DNA from: Archangium sp. | GTDB lineage: Bacteria; Myxococcota; Myxococcia; Myxococcales; Myxococcaceae | Assembly: GCA_031367385.1 (NCBI GenBank) | Contig: JANLPS010000373.1 | Location: 1 to 64,000, forward strand | Direction of reading: 5' to 3' | DNA: 64,000 nucleotides | Shown here: positions 49,503 to 59,710 of the stretch, piece by piece | Layout of the letters: every line of letters begins with the position of its first letter | Position numbering within the stretch: position 1 is the stretch's first letter | Notes under the pieces: generated by a model | The model's input: the letters and a program-made list of their open reading frames with translations, nothing else | Database searches by the model: none | Told to the model about the DNA's origin: nothing | Position numbers and translations under genes: made by a program

Positions 49503-49525
49503 CCTCAAGGTAAAAGCAAAGCGGC

Positions 49526-50158
49526 ATGACGCACTTTTCTTCGCTCGAGGTGCTGCAAGCGAAGCTGCGTCGGTGCCGCACGTGCCCGAAGATGATTCGC
49601 CCGGTCGTGCACGGGCCCCCGGTGATGGCGCAGGTGTATCTGGTCGGCCAGGCGCCAGGTGACAAGGAGGGGCCCTTGGGCCGCCCCTTCGCGTGGACGG
49701 CGGGGAAGACCCTGTTTCGCTGGTTTCGCCAGGCGCTCAAGGTCGATGAGCAAACGGTTCGTGACCACGTGTACTTCGCCGCCGTTGCGCGTTGTTTCCC
49801 CGGCAAGGCGCCCAAGGGTGGTGACCGCAAGCCCGATGAGCACGAGGTCGAGAATTGCTCTCGGTGGATGAAGAGCGAGGTCACGTTGTTGCGGCCGACG
49901 CTGGTGTTGCCGGTGGGCACCATGGCCATCGAGCGGGTGCTCGGCCACTCGGGTCAGCTCAAAGACGTGGTGGGGCGCCTCCACCAGACGATGTTCTTCG
50001 GGCAGCAAGTTGATGTGATTCCACTCCCGCACCCCAGCGGCGCTTCGACGTGGCACATCACCGAACCGGGTAAGTCGTTGCTGATCAGCGCGCTGCAGAT
50101 CATGGCGGCACACCCGACGCTGATCTCGTTATTTCTTCCTCATCAGATCAGCGAATGA
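49526..50158 (+). CDS. Uracil-DNA glycosylase family protein (family 4-like)
   Basis: CRTC, VGQAPG, GRPFAWTAG, RCFPGK, LPHPSG. Confidence 0.9.
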   Translation: MTHFSSLEVLQAKLRRCRTCPKMIRPVVHGPPVMAQVYLVGQAPGDKEGPLGRPFAWTAGKTLFRWFRQALKVDEQTVRDHVYFAAVARCFPGKAPKGGDRKPDEHEVENCSRWMKSEVTLLRPTLVLPVGTMAIERVLGHSGQLKDVVGRLHQTMFFGQQVDVIPLPHPSGASTWHITEPGKSLLISALQIMAAHPTLISLFLPHQISE

Positions 50159-50317
50159 GCGGCCGTTCTTGCGGCGAATTTCGTCGTTGAGCCGCTCTCG
50201 TTCTCGCTCGAAGGTCTGCAGGCGCTTGAGATCAGTCGTCTCAGTGGCCTCGTTCTTCGTCACTCGGTGCGCGGCCGGTACTTTGTCGGCCCGGCGGTCG
50301 TGTCGGTAGGGAGCCAT
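50129..50317 (-). CDS. Small basic hypothetical protein (62 aa)
   Basis: ATG 14 nt after the GT39 stop; MAPYRHDRRADK...SFADLMRKK. Confidence 0.5.
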   Translation of the reverse strand: MAPYRHDRRADKVPAAHRVTKNEATETTDLKRLQTFERERERLNDEIRRKNGRSFADLMRKK

Positions 50318-50331
50318 GGCTGAACGCAACC

Positions 50332-52554
50332 TTAGTCGATGATGAGCAGCACGAACTTGTTGTTGAGCTCTTTGTCGACGACGGTGACTTTGTGGCCGCC
50401 CACTGCGTTCATCAGCACGCCGAGCCGAGCGTGCTCGACCAGCGCCCACTTTCGGCCCGGGCGTTTCACGTACGCCTGAAGGTCGCTCGTCGACCCTGAC
50501 TTCGAGTCGAGCTGCTCGACGTGATTGCGCGAGTAGAGCGTCTCGCCTCGCCAGTTCATCATGAAGGCGCCGATGGGCTCTCCTGGTTGGCGCTGTGAGG
50601 CGTAGCGCCAGAATTGATCTCGCTGCGTCCAGTGGGGTGAGAGGGCGACCCAGTGTGACCAACTGAACCACATCGCGAAGGCCAGGCTGCTCGCGACCAG
50701 GGTGCCGACGAAGGCGCGCTTCGACTTGATCACCGTGCAGGCCGTGAGCAGACCCAGCAGCGACAGTGAGCCGACTTTCAGCAGGTCTTTGATGGAGAGC
50801 TGGCCGAGCACCGGGCGAGTCACCAGAAACTCGGGGTAGGGGCGGTCGTAGTTGAAGACGAACAGGTCGGTGAAGTTCTTGGGGTTCGTCCACAGATCTT
50901 TGCCGATCAGCACGAAGAAGGGCACTCCAGCGATCAGCGCGACGAGGTGGGTGTCGAGGCCTTCTTCGAGCAGCTCGTCGATGAACAGGCCAATCAGTAT
51001 CGCGAGCGGGGGCAGGGTGAGAAAGACGTAGTGGTGAAACTTGGTGGCCGAATCACCGACCGCGAACCACGCCACCAGCAGCCAGAGCACCGAGATGGCA
51101 CCGAGTGCGTTCTGTGGAGTGGCCGAGCAGCGAATGCGCGCAATGACTCCGGCGGCGCCGGGCAAGAAGAGCACCCAGGGGAAGATCGCGTACCCTCCTT
51201 GCTCGATGAAGTAGGTGAAATTGCCACCGGGCGTCGAGGTGTAGACGCCTGAGAAAAAGCGCGAGAGGTGATCGTGCACGATGAAGCGGAGCCAGAAGTG
51301 CTTGTGCTCTTCATCGAACGCGCGAAAGGTGAACATCTCGAAGTACCACGGCAGGCTGACCGCCAGAAAGAGCAGCACACCCGGGCCCAGGCGCATGTCG
51401 CGCAGCAGGGAGATCAGCCTCGGCAGTGGCTGTAAGCCGACGCGGCGATGGGCGAGCACGGTGGTGACCACCCACATCGTCAACAGGCCCCAGGTCAGGC
51501 CGAGCCAATTCGACGGGGCAGACCAGGCGTCATTCGACCCGAGCTCGCGGCCCGAGATGAACACGGTGTCTCGTGCGGCGCCCACGCTCGCCGCGATGAC
51601 GGCGACGACCACCGCGGCGATGAAACCCCAGGTGAAGGCACCTCCGAGCTCGTCGCGCACCCAGCGAACGCTCGCTTTGAGATCAGCCCAATCGGTGACG
51701 AAGAGCAGGGTGTACCCGCCGAGCACCGCGGTTGGCACGAGAAAGCCGAGCCACCCCTTCGCGAGGGTCGCGAGGGCGAAGAAGAACCAGGCCGCGTACC
51801 ACCAGAGATGCCGACGGCGGCTGTGGGCATCGAGCAGGCCCACCAGCCCACATGACATGCCGCAGATGGTCGAGCTGACCAGTGGCGGGTCGGTCACTGC
51901 TTGCCGAGAGAGCAAGAAGTAGAGCGGCATCGTCGCCAACACCGTGACCGTGGCGAGCGCGACCCGGGCATTGACGGTTCGGGTCAGCGCCCACGCCAGC
52001 AGGCCGAGCGCCGCAATTGACGCGGCGGCGAAGGGCAACCGAACCCCCCACTCGAAGAGCACTGGCAGGGCGCCGGAGTCGTCAACCAGATTGCCGAACC
52101 GCCACGGCAGCGAAATCGAGAGCGCCCAGACCCCCAGGAGCAGGCAGATGGCCCCCGCGAAGAGCGCGATGACGCTCCAAAATTGAACCAGCGCACTCGG
52201 TCTTCGAATGAAGAACACACCGAGGCTCAACAGAATCAACGCGCTGATCAGCGGCACCGGAGCGCCGCCTGAAGCGAGTGACATGCCGGCCGCCTGCATC
52301 CACATCGTCAGCGCGGGCTTCGAGAAGAACCAGTCTTTTTCCCAATGCGGGTGAATGAAGTCGTGCCGCTCGACCATTTCACGCGCGACCTCACCGTAGT
52401 GGGTCTCCCACGGGTCCCACAGGCCGACGGCGCCGAGGTAGGGCAAGAAGATGACGCTGCCGAGCACGATGGCGATGAGCGCGCTGCGTTGCTCGATGGG
52501 CCAGCGAACGAACCACTGCCAGACGGTCGTCGACCGTGGCGCTTGAACGCGCAT
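50332..52554 (-). CDS. GT39/ArnT-like membrane glycosyltransferase
   Basis: GLWDPWETHYGEVAREM, FFSKP, LATLAKG, TKFHHY; polytopic membrane protein. Confidence 0.9.
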   Translation of the reverse strand: MRVQAPRSTTVWQWFVRWPIEQRSALIAIVLGSVIFLPYLGAVGLWDPWETHYGEVAREMVERHDFIHPHWEKDWFFSKPALTMWMQAAGMSLASGGAPVPLISALILLSLGVFFIRRPSALVQFWSVIALFAGAICLLLGVWALSISLPWRFGNLVDDSGALPVLFEWGVRLPFAAASIAALGLLAWALTRTVNARVALATVTVLATMPLYFLLSRQAVTDPPLVSSTICGMSCGLVGLLDAHSRRRHLWWYAAWFFFALATLAKGWLGFLVPTAVLGGYTLLFVTDWADLKASVRWVRDELGGAFTWGFIAAVVVAVIAASVGAARDTVFISGRELGSNDAWSAPSNWLGLTWGLLTMWVVTTVLAHRRVGLQPLPRLISLLRDMRLGPGVLLFLAVSLPWYFEMFTFRAFDEEHKHFWLRFIVHDHLSRFFSGVYTSTPGGNFTYFIEQGGYAIFPWVLFLPGAAGVIARIRCSATPQNALGAISVLWLLVAWFAVGDSATKFHHYVFLTLPPLAILIGLFIDELLEEGLDTHLVALIAGVPFFVLIGKDLWTNPKNFTDLFVFNYDRPYPEFLVTRPVLGQLSIKDLLKVGSLSLLGLLTACTVIKSKRAFVGTLVASSLAFAMWFSWSHWVALSPHWTQRDQFWRYASQRQPGEPIGAFMMNWRGETLYSRNHVEQLDSKSGSTSDLQAYVKRPGRKWALVEHARLGVLMNAVGGHKVTVVDKELNNKFVLLIID

Positions 52555-52592
52555 GACGAAGCTTTCGATTGAAGTTGAAACGCTGAGGAGGA

Positions 52593-52985
52593 CTACTCGC
52601 TGCCGGGTGCTGACCCGCCGTCGCCCCACGCGGGGGCCTGCACGATCAGCCGCTCACTGGGTATGCCGTGAACGCCTTCGGGGTCAACGGAGGTCAGGTC
52701 AGATGAAGAGAACGGCAGGCCATGGGTGACCACCGGTCGCACGACCGCCAGCACCAACATCGTCGCGGCAACGGCCAAGAAGGCTGGCATCGCGGCACTG
52801 AGGGTGGGCCGGGCCGCGGCGGCCTCGAAGCCAAACCCACGGGCGGTCAGCTCGGTTCGGGCCAGGCGCTGCAGACGACCTGAGCAGCCCGTGCACCCGC
52901 TGACGTGCGGCACGTGGCGCTCGTCGAGCTCACCGGTCACCGCGAAGTGACGCAGCTCGAAGATCGAAGGGTGGCTCGCGCTCAC
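52593..52985 (-). CDS. Zinc-finger (HxxxCxxC) anti-sigma factor
   Basis: GTGA overlap with sigma; HP...L...HVSGCTGC; single TM helix. Confidence 0.8.
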   Translation of the reverse strand: MSASHPSIFELRHFAVTGELDERHVPHVSGCTGCSGRLQRLARTELTARGFGFEAAAARPTLSAAMPAFLAVAATMLVLAVVRPVVTHGLPFSSSDLTSVDPEGVHGIPSERLIVQAPAWGDGGSAPGSE

Positions 52986-53506
52986 GGGGTCACCCGCCCC
53001 AGCGCCAGGCGCAGTTGCGCGCGCACCTCGCACAGAATCTGTCGAAAGCGCTGCAGCGAAACGCCCTCGTGCTTCGCGAGCTCGGCGTGCAACGCATCGG
53101 GCCCGCTGATCACCGCTGACAACACCGATTGCGCGCGCGGAGACGAGCTTGCCATCGCCGCTGCAACGGCTCCGAGCAACTGGCGGCCAGCGACGGTCTC
53201 TTCGGGAGACGGCTGCTGATCAGCCACCGACATCGCTTCATCAACCGAGCCATCACGCTGGGCTCGTGTCGACGAACGCCGCCGGTTTTCAGCCACCAAA
53301 AAGAACGCCTGTCGAATGATCAACCCCGGCAGCTCGATGGCGTCGATGCGGTCGGTGCTGACCTGCTCGTAGATGCGCGCCCACGCGTCGTGCGCCAGCT
53401 CTCGGGCCTCGTCGAGGCGAACGCCATTCGCGATCAGCGCGAGCACCACCGTGTGGTGGTGGGTGGCGTACTCCTGCGCCCAGCGCTGTCGAAGCTCAGT
53501 CACCAT
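52982..53506 (-). CDS. Divergent ECF sigma factor
   Basis: DEARELAHDAWARIY region 2; SPEE; region 4-like HAELAKHEGVS...VRAQLR; adjacent zinc-finger anti-sigma. Confidence 0.75.
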   Translation of the reverse strand: MVTELRQRWAQEYATHHHTVVLALIANGVRLDEARELAHDAWARIYEQVSTDRIDAIELPGLIIRQAFFLVAENRRRSSTRAQRDGSVDEAMSVADQQPSPEETVAGRQLLGAVAAAMASSSPRAQSVLSAVISGPDALHAELAKHEGVSLQRFRQILCEVRAQLRLALGRVTP

Positions 53507-53538
53507 TCAAGAACGGCCCACCATGCTCGCCATATCGC

Positions 53539-55449
53539 CTACTTGCGCTTGGGCTGCGGTTTGGGGTCGGGCTTTCGCACAGTCTCTTTTGAATTCAAGG
53601 GCTTGGTGGGTTTTTGCGCCGGGGCGTGCGGCTTCTCGGCGAACGTCGCGGTTCTGATCTTTCCCCTCCCTGGCAGCGCGGGGGCCAAGGGCGGCGGAGC
53701 AACCAGCGTCTCCAAGACCGGCGGCGGAGCAGGCGTCGGCTTGGTCGAGCCCTCGAGTGACAGCCCGCGAAACACGCACGTGCCCTCGATGCAGCCAACC
53801 CCCACGCGCGGAAACGCGCCGAACAGCTCTTTCCACTCCGTGCCCAATGACAGCGAATCGCCGAGCACCCTCGCGTCGCGGTCAGCGCCGATGACGGCCT
53901 CCAACGCGCCGGTGACCGGGTCGATTCGCAGCTCAAGCGCGACGTTCTTGGCGCCGGTTGGCAAGGGGGCCGTCATCTGGCCGCGTTTCTCTGGCCCGAG
54001 CGACCAGTCGAGCAGCGGGTCGCTCCCGTTGGCCGAGATGATCAGCGCAACGTAGCGATCGTGATCGCCCAGCAGCAGCAGCGCACTGCGCGCCTCGGGT
54101 CGGGGCCCGCGAAACAGGCTCAGCAACGGCTCGAAGGCCGAGACCTCAGAAGCCTGGGTGTCGACGATGGTCTTCGCGATGACGCCATCTCCACCGGTCT
54201 CGGCGTCGAGCTCGATTCGACCCGCGGGGGCCGAAGCACCAGTGAAGGTGATCACCCCGTCCTTGATCACCGGCTGCCGGCCGAAGGCCTTCGTCGCGAT
54301 GGTGTCGGGCCCTGCGCCAAGCTCGAGGCTGAGCACGTCTTTGTCGAAGCGGCCCGCGGAGGTCGACAACGAGGTGACTCCGAAGTCGTTCATCACGGCG
54401 ACCCCAGGGGGCAACCGCTTCGATTCGATGCGCGAGCGCGCGTAGACGGTGGCCACGATGATCAACGCGGCGGCCGCGGCAGCCACGGTGACCCCGCGCC
54501 AAATCGACCTGAGCACCGCGCGGCCCTTGCGCACCACCCGCTGCCCCGGAGTCTCTTTGGCGGGCTGCGGCCCCACCGTCATGGGGATCAGCGGCTCGAG
54601 CTCGGCCAGAAATGCGGCGACCGAGGGGTAGCGATCTTCGACCGCTGGCTTGAGGCACCGGGCAACGATCGGGTCGAGGCGCTTGTCGAGCGTGGGCCGA
54701 CGCACCGAGGGCGGGTCGAAGGTGCCCATCGGCAGGTCGCCCACTAGCAATTCGTACAACATCACCCCCAGCGAATAGAGGTCGGCCCGTGGCCCCGCCG
54801 TCTTCGCGTCGACCCGCTGCTCGGGCGCCATGTACGCCGCGGTGCCCATCGACATGTGGGTCTGGGTGAGGTTGTGCCGATCTTTCACGTCTGAGCGCTC
54901 GTCGAGCCCCGCGAGCCCGAAGTCGGTCACCTTCGCGAGGCCACCCGCCTGATCATCGAAGAGAATGTTTTCGGGCTTCAAGTCTCGGTGAATCACACCC
55001 CGGCCATGCGCGTAGTCGATTGCCCGCGCGACCTGGGTCAACACCCGGAGCGCCGCCATCGAGTCGAAGTCGGGCTCGCGCATGCGCTCACGCAAGCTGG
55101 GCCCGTCGACGTACTCCATGACCAGAAAGTAGGTGTCGGCGTTGCGGCCGCGGTCGACGATCGAAACGATGTTCGGGTGCCGCAGACTGGCCAGGGCCGC
55201 GCCCTCTTTTTCGAAGCGCGCCACGAAGGTGTCGTCAGTCGCGAGGTCGGGGTTGAGCAGCTTGACCGCCACCTTGCGACCCAGCGAGAGCTGCTCGGCC
55301 TGGTGAACCTCACCCATGCCGCCTTTGCCCAGCAACTGAATCAGCCGGTACCCCGGCACCAGGTCGAACCGGCGCACGCGCTGAACCGTGGTGGCGTCCA
55401 TGCCCATCTCGGTGCCGACGCTATGCCCTTGTTCGCCCGCTGTCCCCAT
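53539..55449 (-). CDS. Membrane Ser/Thr protein kinase with extracytoplasmic beta domain
   Basis: LGKGGMGEV, VAVK, HRDLKPEN, DFGLA, GTAAYMAPE; TM helix. Confidence 0.95.
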   Translation of the reverse strand: MGTAGEQGHSVGTEMGMDATTVQRVRRFDLVPGYRLIQLLGKGGMGEVHQAEQLSLGRKVAVKLLNPDLATDDTFVARFEKEGAALASLRHPNIVSIVDRGRNADTYFLVMEYVDGPSLRERMREPDFDSMAALRVLTQVARAIDYAHGRGVIHRDLKPENILFDDQAGGLAKVTDFGLAGLDERSDVKDRHNLTQTHMSMGTAAYMAPEQRVDAKTAGPRADLYSLGVMLYELLVGDLPMGTFDPPSVRRPTLDKRLDPIVARCLKPAVEDRYPSVAAFLAELEPLIPMTVGPQPAKETPGQRVVRKGRAVLRSIWRGVTVAAAAAALIIVATVYARSRIESKRLPPGVAVMNDFGVTSLSTSAGRFDKDVLSLELGAGPDTIATKAFGRQPVIKDGVITFTGASAPAGRIELDAETGGDGVIAKTIVDTQASEVSAFEPLLSLFRGPRPEARSALLLLGDHDRYVALIISANGSDPLLDWSLGPEKRGQMTAPLPTGAKNVALELRIDPVTGALEAVIGADRDARVLGDSLSLGTEWKELFGAFPRVGVGCIEGTCVFRGLSLEGSTKPTPAPPPVLETLVAPPPLAPALPGRGKIRTATFAEKPHAPAQKPTKPLNSKETVRKPDPKPQPKRK

Positions 55450-55464
55450 GGCGTCGAGGTGGGC

Positions 55465-55995
55465 TTACGCCGCCTCGTGCTTCTTCTTGTTTTTCTTCTG
55501 CTTTTTTGTTTCGGCACCCGGCCGATGCGGGTGGTCGTGGGGCTCGTCTTCTCGGTATTCTACGTCGCGGAGCATCTTGCGCACCTCGAGCCCGTGCATC
55601 TCTTCTTGGGCGATCTGCGTTCGGGCGAATTCTTCGAGGTAGATGCTGCGATCTTCGACCTCTTCGAGCAGCTTCTTATACAGCTTGAGCGCCTCGCGTT
55701 CGTGCTCGAGTGATTCTTCGAGAATGTCTTTGACCGAGTGCTTGTACGACTCGGGTATCGGAGCGATCGCCAGGGTCGGGTGCCCCCCGAGCCCGGTCAG
55801 AATCTCGCCCGACATCTGCGCGTGCAGCAGCGACTCGGTCGCCTGCGCTTTCATGAACGCCACGATGGGTATGCGGTTCGGGCCCGAGATCATCAGCGAA
55901 TAGTGGGTGTAGCGAACGACGCCCGCCAGCTCGAACTCCATGATGCGGTTGAGCAGGTTCTGGGTGCGCTTCACGTCGAGGCTTTTCATGGGCAT
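55465..55995 (-). CDS. Bacterioferritin-like ferroxidase with His/Lys-rich C-terminal tail
   Basis: ELAGVVRYTHY, ESLLHA, EHEREAL, QEEMH ferroxidase pattern; start 55995 or 55989. Confidence 0.88.
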   Translation of the reverse strand: MPMKSLDVKRTQNLLNRIMEFELAGVVRYTHYSLMISGPNRIPIVAFMKAQATESLLHAQMSGEILTGLGGHPTLAIAPIPESYKHSVKDILEESLEHEREALKLYKKLLEEVEDRSIYLEEFARTQIAQEEMHGLEVRKMLRDVEYREDEPHDHPHRPGAETKKQKKNKKKHEAA

Positions 55996-56058
55996 TCGCT
56001 TCGAGGTTCTACGACAGCGAATCGACGACGCAGTGAGAATTCTTGGTAGACAGCACCC

Positions 56059-59000
56059 ATGCTTTTCACCTTGCTCGCGGTGCAGCTGGTTGCCGGTCGT
56101 CTCGACAGCCCCGTCACCGACCGCGCCGAAGCCCTCGCCAAGCAGGCCCTCGCCCACGGCCATGAGCCCCGCGGCGCTGGCCCCGTCATTCGCCTCCACG
56201 CGCTGCTCGAAGAAGTCGATGACTTGAACCTGCTCGCCGAGCCTTTCTCGATTCTGCTCGCGCGCCGGTCGACCGATGAGCGGGTTCGGGTGCTGGCGCA
56301 GATGTTCATGGCCGACGTCGAGCGGGCGCGCGGCCGTTCGGTCAAAGCCCAAGACCTCGTCAAAGACCTCGGCTTCGTGCAGGACTGGCACGTCGTCGGC
56401 TCGTTCGAAAACGAGGGGAAAGGTGGGTGCGACACCGACTTCGGGCCTGAGGCGGCGACTGATTTGAAGGCCACGTACCCCGCGAAGGGCCGGGAGGTCG
56501 GCTGGCATCGGTTGCCTGGGCATACGGTCGATGGCTTCGTCGACTTGTCGATGGCGGTGCGGCCTTCGACCGCGGCCGTGGCGTATGCGTTGACCTTTCT
56601 GCAGACCGAGAACGAGCTGCGCACCTCGATGTCATTGGGTACCTCGGGCGGGTTTCGGTTGTTCGTCAACGGCGTGAAGGTGGCGAGCAGCGATCGCTAC
56701 AACCAGCCGAGGGTTGATCAGCAGCGGGTGCAGGTGACCCTGCGAAAGGGCTTCAACCGGGTGCTGCTGAAGGTGTGCCAAGAGACCGGCCAGCTGGGGT
56801 TCTACTTTCGGGCCGAGCGCGCTGAAGGGTCGAGAGGGTCGTTGGCCGTGGCGTTGCCTGACGCGGTGCCGCCGCTCGAGAAGGGCAGCGCCCCTGCCGC
56901 GGTGAAGCTCTCGACCTTGAGCGACGTGCTCGCTGAGCGGGTCAAGGCCGCGCCGAATGACGCCGAGCTGCGGGCTGATCTGGCCACGGTGCTGGCGTGG
57001 ACGCGGGCGTGGGAAGAGAAGGAGCACACCGCGACCGTCGAGGCCGCGAAGGCCGCCGAGGCGCGACCCGCCGACGCCGAGCTGCAGTTGATCGCGGCCA
57101 CGCTCGAGTACGAAGACGTCAATCAACGCCGGCACTTCATCGAGCGCGCGTTGCAAGCCGCCCCGAAGTCACCCTGGGCCCGGCTGCAGTTGGCGCAGCA
57201 TGAAATGAATCGCGAGCACGCTGATCTCGCATTGGTCATTGCGAACGAGCTCACCCAGGAGCTGCCCAGCTTCGCGCCTGCCCACCTGGTCAAGATTCGT
57301 GCGCTCGAGAACCTGGGCATGGGGGCGGCGGCGACGAGGGCGAGTGATCTGGCGTTCGCGCACTTGAACTTCGTGCCCGGCATCGCGCGCGAGGCGGTTT
57401 CTCAGTCGCATCGGCTCGACCGGCTCTCGGAGGCGATCGCTCGCAGTCGAATGGTGCTCGCCCTGCGCTATGACGACCTGAACACCCGGCGCGGGTTGGC
57501 CTCGATGTTGGCCGACGTCGGGCAGGTTGACGAGGCGGCTGATCAGTACCGCAAGGTGCTCGCGCTCGACCCGTTCGACTTGCAGACCGTGCTCAGGCTG
57601 GCTGATCTTCTTTCTGCGAACTCGAAGCCGGCCGAGGCCCGCGCGATGTTCGAGGTGGCCCGAGTGGTCGCGCCCGACGAGCCCGAGGTGTACGAGCGAC
57701 AAGGCCGTGCGCTGCTCCACGCCGCGCTCAAAGACGAGGCGCTGGCCGCGTTCACCAAGTCATTGCAGCTGCGGCCGCAGAACCCCACGCTCAAAGAGAC
57801 CGTGCGCTCGCTGCGGGGCGACGACCTGGCCGACGCGGCGCCGTTCGCGCTGCCGATGGCTCCGTTGCTCGAGCAGGCGAAGGCCCTCAAGGGCGAAGAC
57901 GCGGTGTATCTCGCCGATGTCACGGCGGTTCGGGTGCAGAGCAGCGGCTTGTCATCACGCTTCAATCAGACCGTGGTGAAGGTGATGAGCGACCGCGGCG
58001 TCGAGGCGTTTCGCTCGCTGCCGATCACCTATTCGCCTGATCGACAAGAGGTGCGCGTGCTCAAAGCGCGAATCACCAAGCCCGATGGCAGCGTGGTCGA
58101 TTCATTCGGAGATCAAGACCGCAACATCAACGAGCCGTGGACGGGCATGTACTACGACGCGCACGCCCGGGTGCTCAGCTTCCCCTCGCTCGAGCCGGGC
58201 GACGTGCTCGAAGTGCAGTGGCGCCTCGAAGACACGTCACTCGACAACTTGCTCTCTGACTATTGGGGCGACGTCGACCCGGTGCAGAGCGTCTTCTCGA
58301 AGAAGCACTACCTGTACGTGGTCGACATGCCGAAGTCGCGCCCGCTGTATTGGAACGCGTCGTCACTGGCGAAGTGGATCAAACCGGAGACGACGCCTGA
58401 CGGAGATCGCGTCGTCTACCGCTTTCGCGCCGACGACGTGGTGAAGGTGGTGCCCGAGCCGCAGATGCCAGGGTGGGCCGAGGTGGCCTCGCCGCTTCAC
58501 CTCTCGACCTACAAGTCATGGGAAGACGTCGGCCGGTTCTGGTGGGGGTTGGTGAGAGATCAGCTGCAGCCGAACGACGAGCTGCGCAAGACGGTTGATC
58601 AGGTGCTCAAGGGCGTCGATCGCAAAGACGAAGCCAAGGTGGTGGCGGCGATCTACGGTTTCGTGGTCACCAACACCCGGTATGTGGCGCTCGAATTCGG
58701 CATTCATGGGTTCAAGCCGTACCGCGTCGACCGGGTGCTCTCGCGCCGGTTCGGCGACTGCAAAGACAAGGCGTCGTTGATCGTCTCGATGCTGAAAGTC
58801 GCCGGAGTCGACTCGCGCCTGGTGCTGCTGCGCATGAGAAACCTCGGCACGATCAACGCCGAGCCCGCATCGCTCGCGGCCTTCAACCATGCAATTGCCT
58901 ATGTGCCCTCGCTGAAGCTGTATCTCGATGGCACCGCTGAATTTTACGGCAGCCACGAGATGCCCGGCGCAGATCGCGTGGCGAACGTGCTGATCATCGA

Positions 59001-59703
59001 GCCCGACGGCAAGAGCCAGTTTCTCACCACGCCAGAAGCGTCGCCCGAAGACAACCTGAGCACCTCGACGCTCGATGTCAGCTTGAAGACCGATGGCAGC
59101 GCCTCGGCCAAGGGCTCGCTCGTCACCCGTGGGTTGTCGGCGCCTGACGTTCGCCGTGACTACCAGACCAGCGCGACCCGCCAGTCGGTGTTCGAGCAGA
59201 AGTGGGCGCAGAGCTTTCCCGGGTTGACGGCGAGCGAGGTCACCTTGTCTGACCCGAAGGCGCTCGAGCAGCCCGCGACGCTGGGGTTCTCGATGGGCAT
59301 GCCTCGCTTCGCCGAGGCCTCGGGCACCTCGCTCAAGTTCTACCCCTTCGGTGGCAGCCGGGCCTTCACCCAGGTGCTCGCCCCCCTCACCGAGCGCACC
59401 TGGGACGTCGTGTTTCCCGGAGTGTGGGTCGATCGCCAGACGTGGACCTACACGCCTCCCGCGGGCTTCGCGTTGGCCGAGGTGCCCGCTGATTCAATTG
59501 AGACGTCGCCGTTCGGCTCGCTGAAGATTCGGGTCAAGAAGCTCGAGGGCACCAAGTTCTTGGTCGAGGGTGAAATGGTGATGTCGACGGCACGCATTCA
59601 CGCGGCTGACTACCCGGCGTTTCGGGCGTGGTTGATGCGGGTTGATCAAGCGTATTCGAAGAAGCTCGTCGTGCAGCGGGGCGGCCAGAGCGCGTCGCGG
59701 TGA
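56059..59703 (+). CDS. TPR + DUF3857 + transglutaminase-like domain protein
   Basis: TPR helices; SFPSLEPGDVLE; RYVALEFGIHGFKP, FGDCKDKA, FNHAIAY, YLDGT (Cys-His-Asp triad). Confidence 0.92.
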   Translation: MLFTLLAVQLVAGRLDSPVTDRAEALAKQALAHGHEPRGAGPVIRLHALLEEVDDLNLLAEPFSILLARRSTDERVRVLAQMFMADVERARGRSVKAQDLVKDLGFVQDWHVVGSFENEGKGGCDTDFGPEAATDLKATYPAKGREVGWHRLPGHTVDGFVDLSMAVRPSTAAVAYALTFLQTENELRTSMSLGTSGGFRLFVNGVKVASSDRYNQPRVDQQRVQVTLRKGFNRVLLKVCQETGQLGFYFRAERAEGSRGSLAVALPDAVPPLEKGSAPAAVKLSTLSDVLAERVKAAPNDAELRADLATVLAWTRAWEEKEHTATVEAAKAAEARPADAELQLIAATLEYEDVNQRRHFIERALQAAPKSPWARLQLAQHEMNREHADLALVIANELTQELPSFAPAHLVKIRALENLGMGAAATRASDLAFAHLNFVPGIAREAVSQSHRLDRLSEAIARSRMVLALRYDDLNTRRGLASMLADVGQVDEAADQYRKVLALDPFDLQTVLRLADLLSANSKPAEARAMFEVARVVAPDEPEVYERQGRALLHAALKDEALAAFTKSLQLRPQNPTLKETVRSLRGDDLADAAPFALPMAPLLEQAKALKGEDAVYLADVTAVRVQSSGLSSRFNQTVVKVMSDRGVEAFRSLPITYSPDRQEVRVLKARITKPDGSVVDSFGDQDRNINEPWTGMYYDAHARVLSFPSLEPGDVLEVQWRLEDTSLDNLLSDYWGDVDPVQSVFSKKHYLYVVDMPKSRPLYWNASSLAKWIKPETTPDGDRVVYRFRADDVVKVVPEPQMPGWAEVASPLHLSTYKSWEDVGRFWWGLVRDQLQPNDELRKTVDQVLKGVDRKDEAKVVAAIYGFVVTNTRYVALEFGIHGFKPYRVDRVLSRRFGDCKDKASLIVSMLKVAGVDSRLVLLRMRNLGTINAEPASLAAFNHAIAYVPSLKLYLDGTAEFYGSHEMPGADRVANVLIIEPDGKSQFLTTPEASPEDNLSTSTLDVSLKTDGSASAKGSLVTRGLSAPDVRRDYQTSATRQSVFEQKWAQSFPGLTASEVTLSDPKALEQPATLGFSMGMPRFAEASGTSLKFYPFGGSRAFTQVLAPLTERTWDVVFPGVWVDRQTWTYTPPAGFALAEVPADSIETSPFGSLKIRVKKLEGTKFLVEGEMVMSTARIHAADYPAFRAWLMRVDQAYSKKLVVQRGGQSASR

Positions 59704-59710
59704 AGCTGCC

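Noticed and set aside
50129..50317. Possible lanthipeptide precursor
   Set aside because: No Cys, no Ser/Thr-rich core, and not linked to lanBC.
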